From positions 1 to 64,000 of the IMG/VR virus record IMGVR_UViG_3300019758_000009: a DNA stretch of 64,000 nucleotides, one strand, 5' to 3'. The translations under genes and the position numbers were made by a program. Shown in pieces: positions 37,729 through 48,486 of this stretch; position 1 is the first letter of the stretch, and each line of letters begins with the position of its first letter. Under the pieces are notes generated by a model that worked only from the letters and a program-made list of their open reading frames with translations, was not told the DNA's origin and did no database searches. This DNA comes from a virus.

Positions 37729-39234
37729 ATGGCAACACTACAAGAGAACATAGATGCTATGGATTTAGCGTTTTCTACGCACATGAAGAATAAAAACCCT
37801 GGCGTAGATACAGCTACAATTCAAAATATTGAAGACTTCTCATTAGCCTACGCTACAGCCATAGCTAATGCCATTGGAGCCGGAAGCTCTGGGGATACAG
37901 GTGTCTCTGGTGATTACGTAAAAAAGACAGGAGGGGCTGACGGCGTTATGGCCGGCAGCCTAAGCGCTAACTTTGGATTCAAAGCCGGATGGAATGCCAC
38001 TAACCAGATAGACACAACTATAAATGGGTTAATGCTAAACGGAGCGATAGATCACCAGACAGGCGTATTTAAGGGGCACGGAAAAGAATTGATTGAACAC
38101 AGCTCATTATGGGTAAATATAAACGGTAACGACGAATTCACTTCCGGAGTTACATTAGGGGGCGCTGAGACAAAAGTAAAGACTAGGTTACTCGTAGGGC
38201 AATCCCCAAGCACGGGACTAGTCGCCGATGGCTCGATCTTAAACTATAAAAATTTCGCCATTTACCATGCTGGTAATTCCAATAAATCAGACGTAAACTG
38301 GAGTATGCGCGACGCCGTTGTGTCTGCCACCTTAAGTGTCTCTGGTATATCATCTTTTACAGGGGGTGTATCTGCCAATAGCGGTTTTAGCGCCGGTGTT
38401 TCGGGAGCGAAAAGCTTAGAGGTATTAGCTGATGGTGTAAATATCTACAACGATATCATACTTTCCAGCAACAAAGGTATAAAAAGCGGCTTTAATAACG
38501 ATTACATACTCAAAGACTTTAATGATGGCAATGTAGGGGTATCGGCCGCAGGGGAAAATATTATACTCGGCTATTCAAATACAAAGAAAATAACTCTATC
38601 TACCGACATATACAATAACAACGGTTCAAGATTACTAATAGATAAGTTCGGGGTAGGTAGCTTCCTATGGGGATTTAATGCCGGATATGAGGGAAACAAA
38701 TGGTTTGAGACCACCCAGTTAGGAGCTCAAGTCAATGGTAAGTTGTTTTTCAATGACACTAACTCATACATACAAGAAGGAGCTGGTAATTCCATGAGAT
38801 TCAGTACTGCGCATGGGTATGTAGATATAGGACCCAAAAATACCGCGTATGCACACATAGAAACGGACAGAGGTAAATTCTTCTTTAACAAAAATACCGA
38901 GACTAATGGAACTGTAGGTATATACAATTCAGAAACCCATTTAGCTAACGGGAAGCTATTCTTAACTGCAAGCAATTACCTATTGAACACCACAGACGGC
39001 ATAGCTCACTACGGTAATTCATACATCAAAGGAAGTATTGGGACATCCTCTTTTTCTACAGGATTTTCCGGTAACGGGTGGCAAATAACGCAAAACGCTG
39101 AAGCCACATTCACTGACCTTACAGTAAGAAATAAATTACATGTGTATGAATTCGAAGTACAGAAAATAACAGCCGTCAATGGATCATTCTGGGTATCAGC
39201 TAATTGCTCTGGATCTACAGTAACAAAACTTTAA
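37729..39234 (+). CDS. tail/baseplate structural protein
   Basis: G/S/N-rich beta protein; FSTGFSGNGW...LTVRNKLHVYEFEVQKI..VNGSFWVS tail motif. Confidence 0.65.
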   Translation: MATLQENIDAMDLAFSTHMKNKNPGVDTATIQNIEDFSLAYATAIANAIGAGSSGDTGVSGDYVKKTGGADGVMAGSLSANFGFKAGWNATNQIDTTINGLMLNGAIDHQTGVFKGHGKELIEHSSLWVNINGNDEFTSGVTLGGAETKVKTRLLVGQSPSTGLVADGSILNYKNFAIYHAGNSNKSDVNWSMRDAVVSATLSVSGISSFTGGVSANSGFSAGVSGAKSLEVLADGVNIYNDIILSSNKGIKSGFNNDYILKDFNDGNVGVSAAGENIILGYSNTKKITLSTDIYNNNGSRLLIDKFGVGSFLWGFNAGYEGNKWFETTQLGAQVNGKLFFNDTNSYIQEGAGNSMRFSTAHGYVDIGPKNTAYAHIETDRGKFFFNKNTETNGTVGIYNSETHLANGKLFLTASNYLLNTTDGIAHYGNSYIKGSIGTSSFSTGFSGNGWQITQNAEATFTDLTVRNKLHVYEFEVQKITAVNGSFWVSANCSGSTVTKL

Positions 39235-39243
39235 ATAAATTGT

Positions 39244-42200
39244 ATGGCACTAATAACATCAGACAGATTTAAAATAGCGATAGGCCCTGACTCTAACAAA
39301 GTTCAGGGCCTACACGTTGGCGATGTAGTATTGCGTAAATATTACAATAACACCACGCAATTCTATTCTTTATTAATAGTAGACGAGATCGGCACCAACC
39401 CAACCGAAGGAGATTTCTTTATAGGTAAACTAATAGATGGCATGGAGCCTGGAGCTACTGGTACTGAGCTACTAGATTTTGTTAGAGTTACTAGCGTGAT
39501 GGATACAGATAGAATGGGGGCCCTGTATATGACGGGATCGGAATCTAATGCTCCATTTTTGGATGTAGTAGATAATCTTGGTAGAGACGCCTCTGTGTTC
39601 TGGCCAGAAGGAAAAGATGAAAATGTTGGCTATTTTATGCCGGATAACGCGTACGCTTCTAGCTACTACAACTCAACAGATAGGCACTTTTATATCATCA
39701 AAACATCAGCCACTCCAGATTCTAATTCGATTCAGGTAAAAATGAAACTTGAAGACAAACTATCTGTAGGTACAAAATATTTGATATCATACAAATATCT
39801 ATGTACAACCCCAGCCAGTATTACATCAAGGATATCAAACAGCGACTCCAGTCAGCCAAGCGCTATGTGGACAGACGACTACATTAACGAATGGAAGTAT
39901 AAGGCAGAAGTCTTTGAATGTACATATGTAGGGGCTGATACGCATTTTATATTATCTACGGGAACAGCAGGCGTGGGTAGCAGACTATCGATATCAGACT
40001 TTAATATCATACCAGTTGATTCATTGATTAACAGGAAGTCCGATTTAAAATCAAGAATAGGCAAGCTGTACGGCGTCAATGACAATGTGTTCGGGGAAAT
40101 ACAAGGGTACGGCGGTTATTTTAAAAGATTATACGCTACTCAAGATGTAAATATAGCCGGCACACTAACGGCTGGCGATGCAAATGGTTTTGGTAACACA
40201 TTTATGGCCGGTAGAATTAGAAAAAACTTACTAGCTAACAGCGAGACAGTGTTAGGGGCTGGAGTCAGAGCTGTTGGCGCTGTAATAAACACTAAAGCTC
40301 CCACAAAACTAACCGATAACGCAACCAGGTATACAATATCTACGGGAACGTCATCCCCACAGATAACAACCACCGCTGAAATACAGGCAGGAAAAACATA
40401 CACTTTTTCAGTATGGATAAAGCCATCCTCTTCTTTAGGTGTAAGCTGTGATAGGTTTAAAGTTATATTTCACGCCCCACCCTTAAAAGGTCTTTACGAT
40501 TCTAATTACAAGATATCTAGTGGAGATTTAAAATTTGAAGAATGGTCCCGTATCTCCGTTACAGGAACATTCTCAGGAACAGGAATCCATCCAGCTCAAT
40601 GTATAATAGATATCGATAGATTAGCCGCGGAGAATGGAACCATAGATGTATGGGGTTGGCAAGTCGAAGAAGGTGACCTTGCTACGTCATACCAAAAAAC
40701 AGACAACGTTATATCATCAAGTGATGATTACGGAATGTGGGCCAACAGAGGTGGTTTTGGAGGTACCATGCAAAACCCGTTACTGAAGCTAAATAGTGAC
40801 GGAACAATAATTGGTGGTGATAATAAATTGATACTAAGGCCTGACGGGTCAGCCGAGTTTAATGGAGAGGTAGTTATAAAGGATTCTTTAGGTAATCCTA
40901 TGGATGTTGAGGCGGTCATGGATAGCAAGATATCGACGTATGATACTAGCCTTGGAGCTTTAGCCAAAAAGGATTCAGTAACAGAAGCTTTTATCGATAA
41001 CAATGCTATATCATTATCTAAATTGGGAGTCACTGTAATTTCCGGGGGCAAGATAAAAACAGACATCCTGAACGCAGTAGAAATCCAGACAGCTACAGTA
41101 ACAGCCGCCAAAATAAATGGATTAACATGTACTTTTGGCCAAGGAACAATAGGAGGGTGGGATATATCTCCTACCAGCTTATCTAAGGGCAATATCGTTA
41201 TATCAAGTGATGGCGAAATAAGGAACACAACTGGGGCTTGGATGTTCAGGAATTTAGGCTCAGGAATTATCGCTAATGGTAATATATCATGGGACAACGC
41301 CGGCAATGTAACCTTTACGGATGCTGTAAAACTAAACTGGGCTAATTCAGCCAATGGTATAGAATTCAGATACATAAGAGATTGGCAGAATGGATCTACA
41401 GTTAATACCGGTAACTACTGGTACAATGTAAGTGTATTTTCTGGCTCAGAAGACATAGCAATAGGGGCAACCATTATCGCTAGTGCCACGAGCGGTAATC
41501 TGGAAAGAATAGTTGACGGAGTAACAGATGGGAGCACGGGGTACGGGGGTATGCCAGGAATAACTAAGCCGGAATACATCCAAATAGATTTAGGCTCTAT
41601 CCGCAAAGATATCGACTACATCCAGCTATATCCATACTTTAATGACGGCAGGACATTTCACGATACCAAAACTGAAGTATCTAAAGATGGCGTTACATGG
41701 GTGACTGTTTTAGATAGTAAAGTTAGCGGCACATGGGCTACATCACCTCTTGGCAAGCGCATATCTATAAATGATAATAGCAGATTAACTAAAATAACAA
41801 ACGCAGGAATATATACTGGGTCAATCACAGCTGACCAAGTAAATGCAGCCAGAGTCACTGTGCTAGGTGATGTTACTGCAGGATCTTTTAATATTGGGAC
41901 AGGGAAGTTTTCTGTGACAAGCGAAGGAGCCTTAACGGCATCTGGCGCTGATATATCTGGAAAGATAACAGCATCAAGCGGTAAAATAGCTAATTGGAAT
42001 ATCTTAGATAACGAACTAAGGTATGAGGATAACTCAGACGGTCTAGGGGTAAGGAGGATATCATTAAAAGCCGTACCTCCAGGCCAGCCAGTGTCCGGCA
42101 CGGGGGGCGCTGGGTTGTCGTTTTACAGTGGCGCACCAGCACCGGGTATGAGAGCTATGCAGGTAGGCCAGGTATGTAATAAGGGCACTTTTGGCAATTA

Positions 42201-44235
42201 TAGCAATAATGATTTTGGAATAAACATAACCGCTGTAACCGGATCTACTTTATTTAGAGCGGCTACAGACAGCGCTCTTATAGCTGGATGGGAATTTAAC
42301 ACCGAAAAGATGTGGGGTGGGGCCGAATTTAGGTCTGGAGCAGGCGTGGAGATAAGTAACATCGATAAGCGTTTCATGACGTATAAAGATGCTAACAATT
42401 ACTCAAAGATGTACTACCAAGACCAGGATAACTGGGGTGTGCAGGGCGTGAATAATAACAGTGAGATATTCCATCTTGGAAGTAAAAATATAATAGGTGG
42501 ATGGCTCTTTTCAGACACAAAACTATCTAAAACTCTTCCAGACGGCAACTCTATGGCGCTTGGTGAATCAATAAGTTCACCGCTATATCAGGGGCTAGAG
42601 CTAAAAACACCAACTGGTGACGGCATTATTTTAGCCATGATGAGTACAGGCGGTGACTTTATATTTTCCGTTAAGAAAAACGGGGAAAGTATAATGAATA
42701 TAAGTCCGTTTGGAGCTAAAATAGCCGGATGGGATCTTAGTAGTTCAGGATTGTCATCCGGAGCCATAGAATTATCCAGCTCTGGCATGATAAGGCATGC
42801 GTTTGATGCATGGAGATTCAATTCAGATGGTTCAGGTGTGCTGGCCAGAGGTAATATATCATGGGATGCTAGCGGCAATGTATCTTTTTCTCCAAACGTA
42901 AAACTTGGATGGGGGCAAGTAGAAGATATGGGGATTAATAAGCCTATGATATTCAAAGATGACACCGTCAGAACGGTCCCAAAAGCTACAGATTTCGCCG
43001 GAGGTGTCAAATACACTATTACTACAAATACATCAGGTAAGGGGTTAATTAAGGTTCAATCGTCTGGAGATGGAGGTGAGATATTTGTAGGTCTTAATGG
43101 TTCTGAAGTAGGTATTATGAACGAAAATCTTGCCGATGAGACGAAATGGTACGGTTTTGAAGTAGACCTAGTGAAGGGCAGTAATTTAGTGTCTGTATGG
43201 ACAAAGGATGTCTATAGTGGGGGTCAAGTTATATCTGTAAAAATTTATGGTGATGGCGATTCTAAATTCTTAACACAGATAGATAGTAACGGTATATATA
43301 CAGGGACATTAACAGCTGACCAAGTAAACGCCGTTAGCATTAATGCTGACAGCATAAAAGCTGGAACTATATCAGCTAGCAGGATCGATACAGGAAGCAT
43401 AACCTCGTTGGGCAACATCACATCTGGATCTTTCAGCTTGGGAAGCGGTAAGTTTTCCGTCTCTGATGCTGGATTTTTAACAGCTAAAGAAGGAACAATA
43501 GGGGGGTTCAGGATTACAAGCTGGGAAATTGCAACATCCAACTTTTACACAGGTGGAGCGGACAACAGAATGGGTCTCAACGCATCAAACGGAACTTTAT
43601 ACATGCTAGATAGCGACAACAGGATGTCATCTGTCTCATCAGACGGTATACTAGCTAACAACGCAAAGATCCAGAACATATCAGGCACAAGCGGCATAAA
43701 ACTTAGATCATCACTGTCAGGCAGGGGGTATTCTACAGCAACTGAAGTATGGGAAGGCAACTCTCATAAAGAGTACATAGCTGGTGTGTATTGCTCTACA
43801 AATACACCGACTACTAACTCAGCTCCAGCTTACTCTATGTGGTCAGAAGGCACTTCAAGGCTTAATGGCGCTATAGTTAGTAGAGCTAGATTTTTGTCTG
43901 TCGCTAGCAATTCAAGTATCGATAAAGAGGATATAATGCGAAGTAATGTTATGGTAGTAAAATGTACCGGCACTACTGATCCATATCTGTACCTACCTTC
44001 ATCTTCGCAGATGAACAGATGGTTCGGGACCAGCTTAGGAGATATAACGTACAGGTTAACTATTATCAGCGAGCATGACTCAACTAGAAACTTCAGGCCA
44101 GCTAGATATTACCACTGGAATGGGGCGTACAGCGCTAATGGTGAGTTTTGGTTAGCCCAAGGAGATAGTGCGGAGTTTATCTACATATCACAAGGCACTG
44201 GCGGCTATTGGCAATACATAAATCACAGATCATAA
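39244..44235 (+). CDS. large modular tail fibre / receptor-binding protein
   Basis: 1663 aa; repeated GxIGGW and ITADQVNA fibre motifs; galactose-binding/discoidin-like inserts. Confidence 0.75.
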   Translation: MALITSDRFKIAIGPDSNKVQGLHVGDVVLRKYYNNTTQFYSLLIVDEIGTNPTEGDFFIGKLIDGMEPGATGTELLDFVRVTSVMDTDRMGALYMTGSESNAPFLDVVDNLGRDASVFWPEGKDENVGYFMPDNAYASSYYNSTDRHFYIIKTSATPDSNSIQVKMKLEDKLSVGTKYLISYKYLCTTPASITSRISNSDSSQPSAMWTDDYINEWKYKAEVFECTYVGADTHFILSTGTAGVGSRLSISDFNIIPVDSLINRKSDLKSRIGKLYGVNDNVFGEIQGYGGYFKRLYATQDVNIAGTLTAGDANGFGNTFMAGRIRKNLLANSETVLGAGVRAVGAVINTKAPTKLTDNATRYTISTGTSSPQITTTAEIQAGKTYTFSVWIKPSSSLGVSCDRFKVIFHAPPLKGLYDSNYKISSGDLKFEEWSRISVTGTFSGTGIHPAQCIIDIDRLAAENGTIDVWGWQVEEGDLATSYQKTDNVISSSDDYGMWANRGGFGGTMQNPLLKLNSDGTIIGGDNKLILRPDGSAEFNGEVVIKDSLGNPMDVEAVMDSKISTYDTSLGALAKKDSVTEAFIDNNAISLSKLGVTVISGGKIKTDILNAVEIQTATVTAAKINGLTCTFGQGTIGGWDISPTSLSKGNIVISSDGEIRNTTGAWMFRNLGSGIIANGNISWDNAGNVTFTDAVKLNWANSANGIEFRYIRDWQNGSTVNTGNYWYNVSVFSGSEDIAIGATIIASATSGNLERIVDGVTDGSTGYGGMPGITKPEYIQIDLGSIRKDIDYIQLYPYFNDGRTFHDTKTEVSKDGVTWVTVLDSKVSGTWATSPLGKRISINDNSRLTKITNAGIYTGSITADQVNAARVTVLGDVTAGSFNIGTGKFSVTSEGALTASGADISGKITASSGKIANWNILDNELRYEDNSDGLGVRRISLKAVPPGQPVSGTGGAGLSFYSGAPAPGMRAMQVGQVCNKGTFGNYSNNDFGINITAVTGSTLFRAATDSALIAGWEFNTEKMWGGAEFRSGAGVEISNIDKRFMTYKDANNYSKMYYQDQDNWGVQGVNNNSEIFHLGSKNIIGGWLFSDTKLSKTLPDGNSMALGESISSPLYQGLELKTPTGDGIILAMMSTGGDFIFSVKKNGESIMNISPFGAKIAGWDLSSSGLSSGAIELSSSGMIRHAFDAWRFNSDGSGVLARGNISWDASGNVSFSPNVKLGWGQVEDMGINKPMIFKDDTVRTVPKATDFAGGVKYTITTNTSGKGLIKVQSSGDGGEIFVGLNGSEVGIMNENLADETKWYGFEVDLVKGSNLVSVWTKDVYSGGQVISVKIYGDGDSKFLTQIDSNGIYTGTLTADQVNAVSINADSIKAGTISASRIDTGSITSLGNITSGSFSLGSGKFSVSDAGFLTAKEGTIGGFRITSWEIATSNFYTGGADNRMGLNASNGTLYMLDSDNRMSSVSSDGILANNAKIQNISGTSGIKLRSSLSGRGYSTATEVWEGNSHKEYIAGVYCSTNTPTTNSAPAYSMWSEGTSRLNGAIVSRARFLSVASNSSIDKEDIMRSNVMVVKCTGTTDPYLYLPSSSQMNRWFGTSLGDITYRLTIISEHDSTRNFRPARYYHWNGAYSANGEFWLAQGDSAEFIYISQGTGGYWQYINHRS

Positions 44236-44247
44236 CAAAGCAAACAC

Positions 44248-44271
44248 AGGGGCGGGTAACTGCCCCTTTTT
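44248..44271 (+). terminator. intrinsic terminator after the large fibre gene
   Basis: AGGGGCGG / CTGCCCCT followed by a T-run. Confidence 0.8.
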
Positions 44272-44318
44272 GCGCTTTTTACCACTACTTATTATTATAA
44301 CAAAAACATACTTACAGC

Positions 44319-44954
44319 ATGAGAAAAGATATAGTAATGGACATCGATAACGGCGACATAGCCCTAAGAGACAAGCCTCCGGCTTACTCCACATCTTTAA
44401 AGTGGGTAAATGAGGATGATTTCTTTATATACGGCGACTGCACGCTTGAGGCGCCAGCAACACTCCAAAATCTAACAGGAGGGATCGGTGTTTATGTGCC
44501 ACAAAAAGACTCACTGAAACCCATAAAAATAAAATTCACAACAGTATCAGGCAGAGGGGACGTGGAAAGCACAGGATATTTAAGTGTAAATAATTTAAAA
44601 AAAGAGACCATTACCGGAGCATCTATGGTAATAGTTTCCAATGATTTATTCTTCAGGGTCTACCTAACTCCTGGCAGCGAAGTGTTTACACTTACATCAG
44701 GATACCTGCATGATCTAACCGTAGACGAATCAATGATACAGAACGAGTATTTTTTACTAGTATCTGACCCATCTGCTCTTTATCAGTACCCCTTAACAGG
44801 AGTAGGGATAAGGAAATTTTTAAATGGTAACATCCGGCGATCTAGCTTACCACAGAAGATACAGTCTGAATTCACTCTAGATGGTATGAATGTAGAAAAA
44901 ATACAATACAACGAAGAAACAGACGAGATAATAACCCAATCAACTGAGAACTAA
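44319..44954 (+). CDS. baseplate wedge / sheath initiator-like protein
   Basis: QYPLTGVGI...IQSEFTLDG motif. Confidence 0.55.
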   Translation: MRKDIVMDIDNGDIALRDKPPAYSTSLKWVNEDDFFIYGDCTLEAPATLQNLTGGIGVYVPQKDSLKPIKIKFTTVSGRGDVESTGYLSVNNLKKETITGASMVIVSNDLFFRVYLTPGSEVFTLTSGYLHDLTVDESMIQNEYFLLVSDPSALYQYPLTGVGIRKFLNGNIRRSSLPQKIQSEFTLDGMNVEKIQYNEETDEIITQSTEN

Positions 44955-47326
44955 TGGAAACATATGAAGTAAAATACGGACAAACAATATTTGACGTAGC
45001 ACTCCAGGTTTATGGAGATATATCAGGGATTGGGGATTTGCTGAAAAATAACAAAACACTAAATTTCGGTTCAGTGTTAAGCGAAGGAGATAAGATCCTG
45101 TATGACGCCAACAACGCTATAAACTCTACAGTGGTTAAGTATTTCGATAAAAATAACCTTACTGTATCAAACGGTGAGGGCTATATTTATTTTAAAGAAA
45201 CAGAAGAAACTATTAGGGCGCTTGTATTTATCGATCAAGAACTAATGAGTATCAACTGGCAGCTATCAGGCACTGGAACTATACTATTTGACTGGGGAGA
45301 TGACACCGACATAGAGGCCATTCCTTTATCCAGCGCCCCAAAATACATCACTCACAGCATGAACTCTCTTGTGTCCGCGAATTACGATTTTAGAAAAATT
45401 AGAATATACGGGAATTTTACACTGACTACATTCAACGCTGAAGGCAGCGGCATAGAAAAGTTATTCGCAATAAACGAATTCAGTACCGAACATATTGACC
45501 TATCAAACAACAGCAAATGCACAAACATAGGGTTCGCCAGCATCGCTAAAGACGCGACAACTATTAAGCTATCAAGAATAAAAGTTGGCGACTTACTGCC
45601 TTTGGTATCTCAAGAAAAAATGTCTAATTTATGGATTGATAACGCAACAATAACGCAGGACACTTTAGATAATTACTTTATTGGATTGGTCAAAAATTAC
45701 CAATCTAGGCCAGCGTGCAATGTGAGGATGTGGGGCAATGCATCGCCATCCGGAATATATCAAAAGCCGGATGTGTTATATGACCCACAGACCGGACTTG
45801 AAGCCATGTGGGTCTTAGAAAACGAAAGGGGTTGGTCCATACAGGAAATAATTTCACCACCTAAAGAAGAAAGTATAAATAGAAGGCTAGATAGTAGAGT
45901 GGGTGCTAACATAATAGATAGTGCTGGAGGCCAAAACGCGCTATTATGCTTACCTGTCAGCAAATTCACCAGCTCACAACTAAGCGATGTGATTACAAAC
46001 ATAAACGCAGCCACTATAAATCACATAAAGCTAAAAGTGATGATAGAGGCCTTGCCTGTGTCCAGAGGGACTATAATTGGAGCTTTAGATGACACGAACG
46101 GCAGTTTCTTTTCTGTGGACATCTTACCTGATGGAAGAATAGAGTTCTCTCATGGCCCAGCTGTGTTCACCACTACAGCTTCAATACATGATGGCAGTGA
46201 TCATTTGATAGAAATAGACGCCTCAAGTGGAGAAGGCATGGTATGTTCTATAGACGAAGAGGTATTATCGCAGCTACCCCCTCAAGGGGATAACACGAAC
46301 TCATTCGTATCTATAGGATGCCTATATAGTTCATCAGGCACCAAAACTAAACATATTGACGCTTTGGTCTGGGATGTTGAATTATCATTTGGTAACTACA
46401 AACTGCCATTACCTCACCTTATGTATGATGTGATGACAAAAACTAAGTACACCGCAAATGCAGTAACAGAAAGGATTATATCTCCAATTATAAGTGGAGT
46501 ACCTAACAACGGTGGGAGCGAATACATGTTGCTTCACGGAGCTATAGCTAGGCGGCCTAACAGCTTACTTACTGGGTATTCGGAAAAAATTGGTGACGGT
46601 ACACTTAATCCGTTCTGGAGTGAAGCTAATATTTCTGTAGTTAAACATGCTTCAAAAAAGATGTTATTAACAGGACTGATGAAGGTCACTCAAGCTGCCA
46701 AAGATATGGGCGCGTCAGCCGTAATTAGGTGCGAGTACTTCAACGCGGCCAACGTAAGTTTAGGTAGCAGTGAATTATTATCAACATCAACAAGTTACAG
46801 CAGGCATTCTACAGAGATACTGCTACCAGCCACTACTGATTATGTGACTCTAACGTCACATCATAATCCTGACATCATAACAGATGGGACAGCTTATGTA
46901 AAAGAAGTATCGCTGACGCCTGTAATTCCAGAGTTCATACCTAACTCCGTAGACGGAGAAATACTTATACCTCTACTTACAGGAGATACACCGATACCCG
47001 GCGGTGAATTTTTAAACTTGACACCATTAGATATAATTTTCGGGGAAGGAGCTAGTATACAGAACTACATATGGGATAAGTCCAGAACCGATATATGGTC
47101 AAACAACGTCAGAAGCTCAGAATGCTATGACCCCGCAGATAAAACGCGGTGGTGCATGCCTGAGTTAAGCCAGAAGTTCATATATAACAATATTGAAACG
47201 TCATTCTTGTACATACCATGGATCAAGGTGTCGGGAGGGAAAATAGAAGATATATTCCAATACCCAGAGCCATTGACTGGAGACGATAAGAACCGATGCA
47301 ACAGATACGTTCACTTAACAACATAA
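44954..47326 (+). CDS. baseplate protein with N-terminal LysM-like domain and LamG-like domain
   Basis: YEVKYGQTIFDVALQVYG; IHDGSDHLIEI. Confidence 0.65.
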   Translation: METYEVKYGQTIFDVALQVYGDISGIGDLLKNNKTLNFGSVLSEGDKILYDANNAINSTVVKYFDKNNLTVSNGEGYIYFKETEETIRALVFIDQELMSINWQLSGTGTILFDWGDDTDIEAIPLSSAPKYITHSMNSLVSANYDFRKIRIYGNFTLTTFNAEGSGIEKLFAINEFSTEHIDLSNNSKCTNIGFASIAKDATTIKLSRIKVGDLLPLVSQEKMSNLWIDNATITQDTLDNYFIGLVKNYQSRPACNVRMWGNASPSGIYQKPDVLYDPQTGLEAMWVLENERGWSIQEIISPPKEESINRRLDSRVGANIIDSAGGQNALLCLPVSKFTSSQLSDVITNINAATINHIKLKVMIEALPVSRGTIIGALDDTNGSFFSVDILPDGRIEFSHGPAVFTTTASIHDGSDHLIEIDASSGEGMVCSIDEEVLSQLPPQGDNTNSFVSIGCLYSSSGTKTKHIDALVWDVELSFGNYKLPLPHLMYDVMTKTKYTANAVTERIISPIISGVPNNGGSEYMLLHGAIARRPNSLLTGYSEKIGDGTLNPFWSEANISVVKHASKKMLLTGLMKVTQAAKDMGASAVIRCEYFNAANVSLGSSELLSTSTSYSRHSTEILLPATTDYVTLTSHHNPDIITDGTAYVKEVSLTPVIPEFIPNSVDGEILIPLLTGDTPIPGGEFLNLTPLDIIFGEGASIQNYIWDKSRTDIWSNNVRSSECYDPADKTRWCMPELSQKFIYNNIETSFLYIPWIKVSGGKIEDIFQYPEPLTGDDKNRCNRYVHLTT

Positions 47327-47330
47327 AAAC

Positions 47331-47561
47331 ATGAAACAAACTTTAAAATCTTTACTTAGCAATAACCCCAACGTATCCAGCAAAAGAGTTGCTGGATTTG
47401 GTGGGTGGGTTATTTTTTGTGGTATTATCCTCGGGTCATTTATATTCAGTTTAAATATAAACGACAAACAGGAATCATTAATGGAAACATTAGCATATTC
47501 ATCTGTAGTACTTATAGCTGGAGGGACTCTGGAAACTGTTTTTAGAAGAAAACAAAAGTAA
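47331..47561 (+). CDS. holin-like two-TM membrane protein
   Basis: SSKRV motif, two hydrophobic segments, basic C-terminus. Confidence 0.6.
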   Translation: MKQTLKSLLSNNPNVSSKRVAGFGGWVIFCGIILGSFIFSLNINDKQESLMETLAYSSVVLIAGGTLETVFRRKQK

Positions 47562-47601
47562 CAATTAAATACTACTTTTAAATATAACAAAAACACTTTT
47601 T

Positions 47602-48486
47602 ATGGCAACACCAATCAAGACTATTCAAGATACAATAATCGCAGCAAAAAACTCCAAGCTTGAATTATCAGAAATAGAGAGCGATTCTAAGGTCTCTATA
47701 TTCAACGCGTGGGCATATGCTGTGGCTGTAGCTATACACTCACTTGAGGTTATACTAGATCTATTTAAAAATGAGATAAATTCTATTCTTGATTCAAAAG
47801 AAATGGGCGTGCCTCAATATTACGTGAACAAAGCGTACTCTTTTCAGGATGGGGACACAATTGAAGTGTCTGCAGACGGGCTAACAGTAGCTTATCCCGT
47901 CGAAGACGTATCAAAGCAGATAATTACAAGAGCTTCGTACGAGGAAACAAACATATCTGCCCAGAACAACGATAAATTATTATTGCTTAAAGTAGCAAAG
48001 GGCGATGTAGGAGCTCTTGAGCCTCTTTCTTCAGAACAAATGGTAAGGTTCACAGCTTATATTAATGCTATGAAATTTGCAGGAACGAACATTCAGCCTG
48101 TAAGTAAAATAGGAGATATATTACTGCCGAGGTTCACAGTATATCATGACGGGACACTTCCAGACTCAGTTATTTTAGCAGGAGTGGAAGAAGCGATACA
48201 TAACTTCTTGATAAATCTATCGTTTGATTCAGCAATGTACGTGTCTAAATTATTCGATGCAGTACAAGGAGTTAGTAATGTTACAGACGTGTATGTAGAC
48301 CAATCTGCAGTTCCGGCCCAAGGGGTGTTCTTAAGGGATTTCGATGATAATGGAGTAATGCAAGCAGAGAAAAAAATAGAAAGGTACACGCACCTCACTT
48401 CCGGATATATGAGGGAATCGACTAAAAAGGGCCAAGAGCTAACGGTCGGGAACTTCAGTGATTCATTAATCATAAAATCGGAATAA
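47602..48486 (+). CDS. baseplate J-like protein
   Basis: YYVNKAYSFQDGD, LKVAK, KFAGT, DAVQGVSNV motifs. Confidence 0.75.
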   Translation: MATPIKTIQDTIIAAKNSKLELSEIESDSKVSIFNAWAYAVAVAIHSLEVILDLFKNEINSILDSKEMGVPQYYVNKAYSFQDGDTIEVSADGLTVAYPVEDVSKQIITRASYEETNISAQNNDKLLLLKVAKGDVGALEPLSSEQMVRFTAYINAMKFAGTNIQPVSKIGDILLPRFTVYHDGTLPDSVILAGVEEAIHNFLINLSFDSAMYVSKLFDAVQGVSNVTDVYVDQSAVPAQGVFLRDFDDNGVMQAEKKIERYTHLTSGYMRESTKKGQELTVGNFSDSLIIKSE

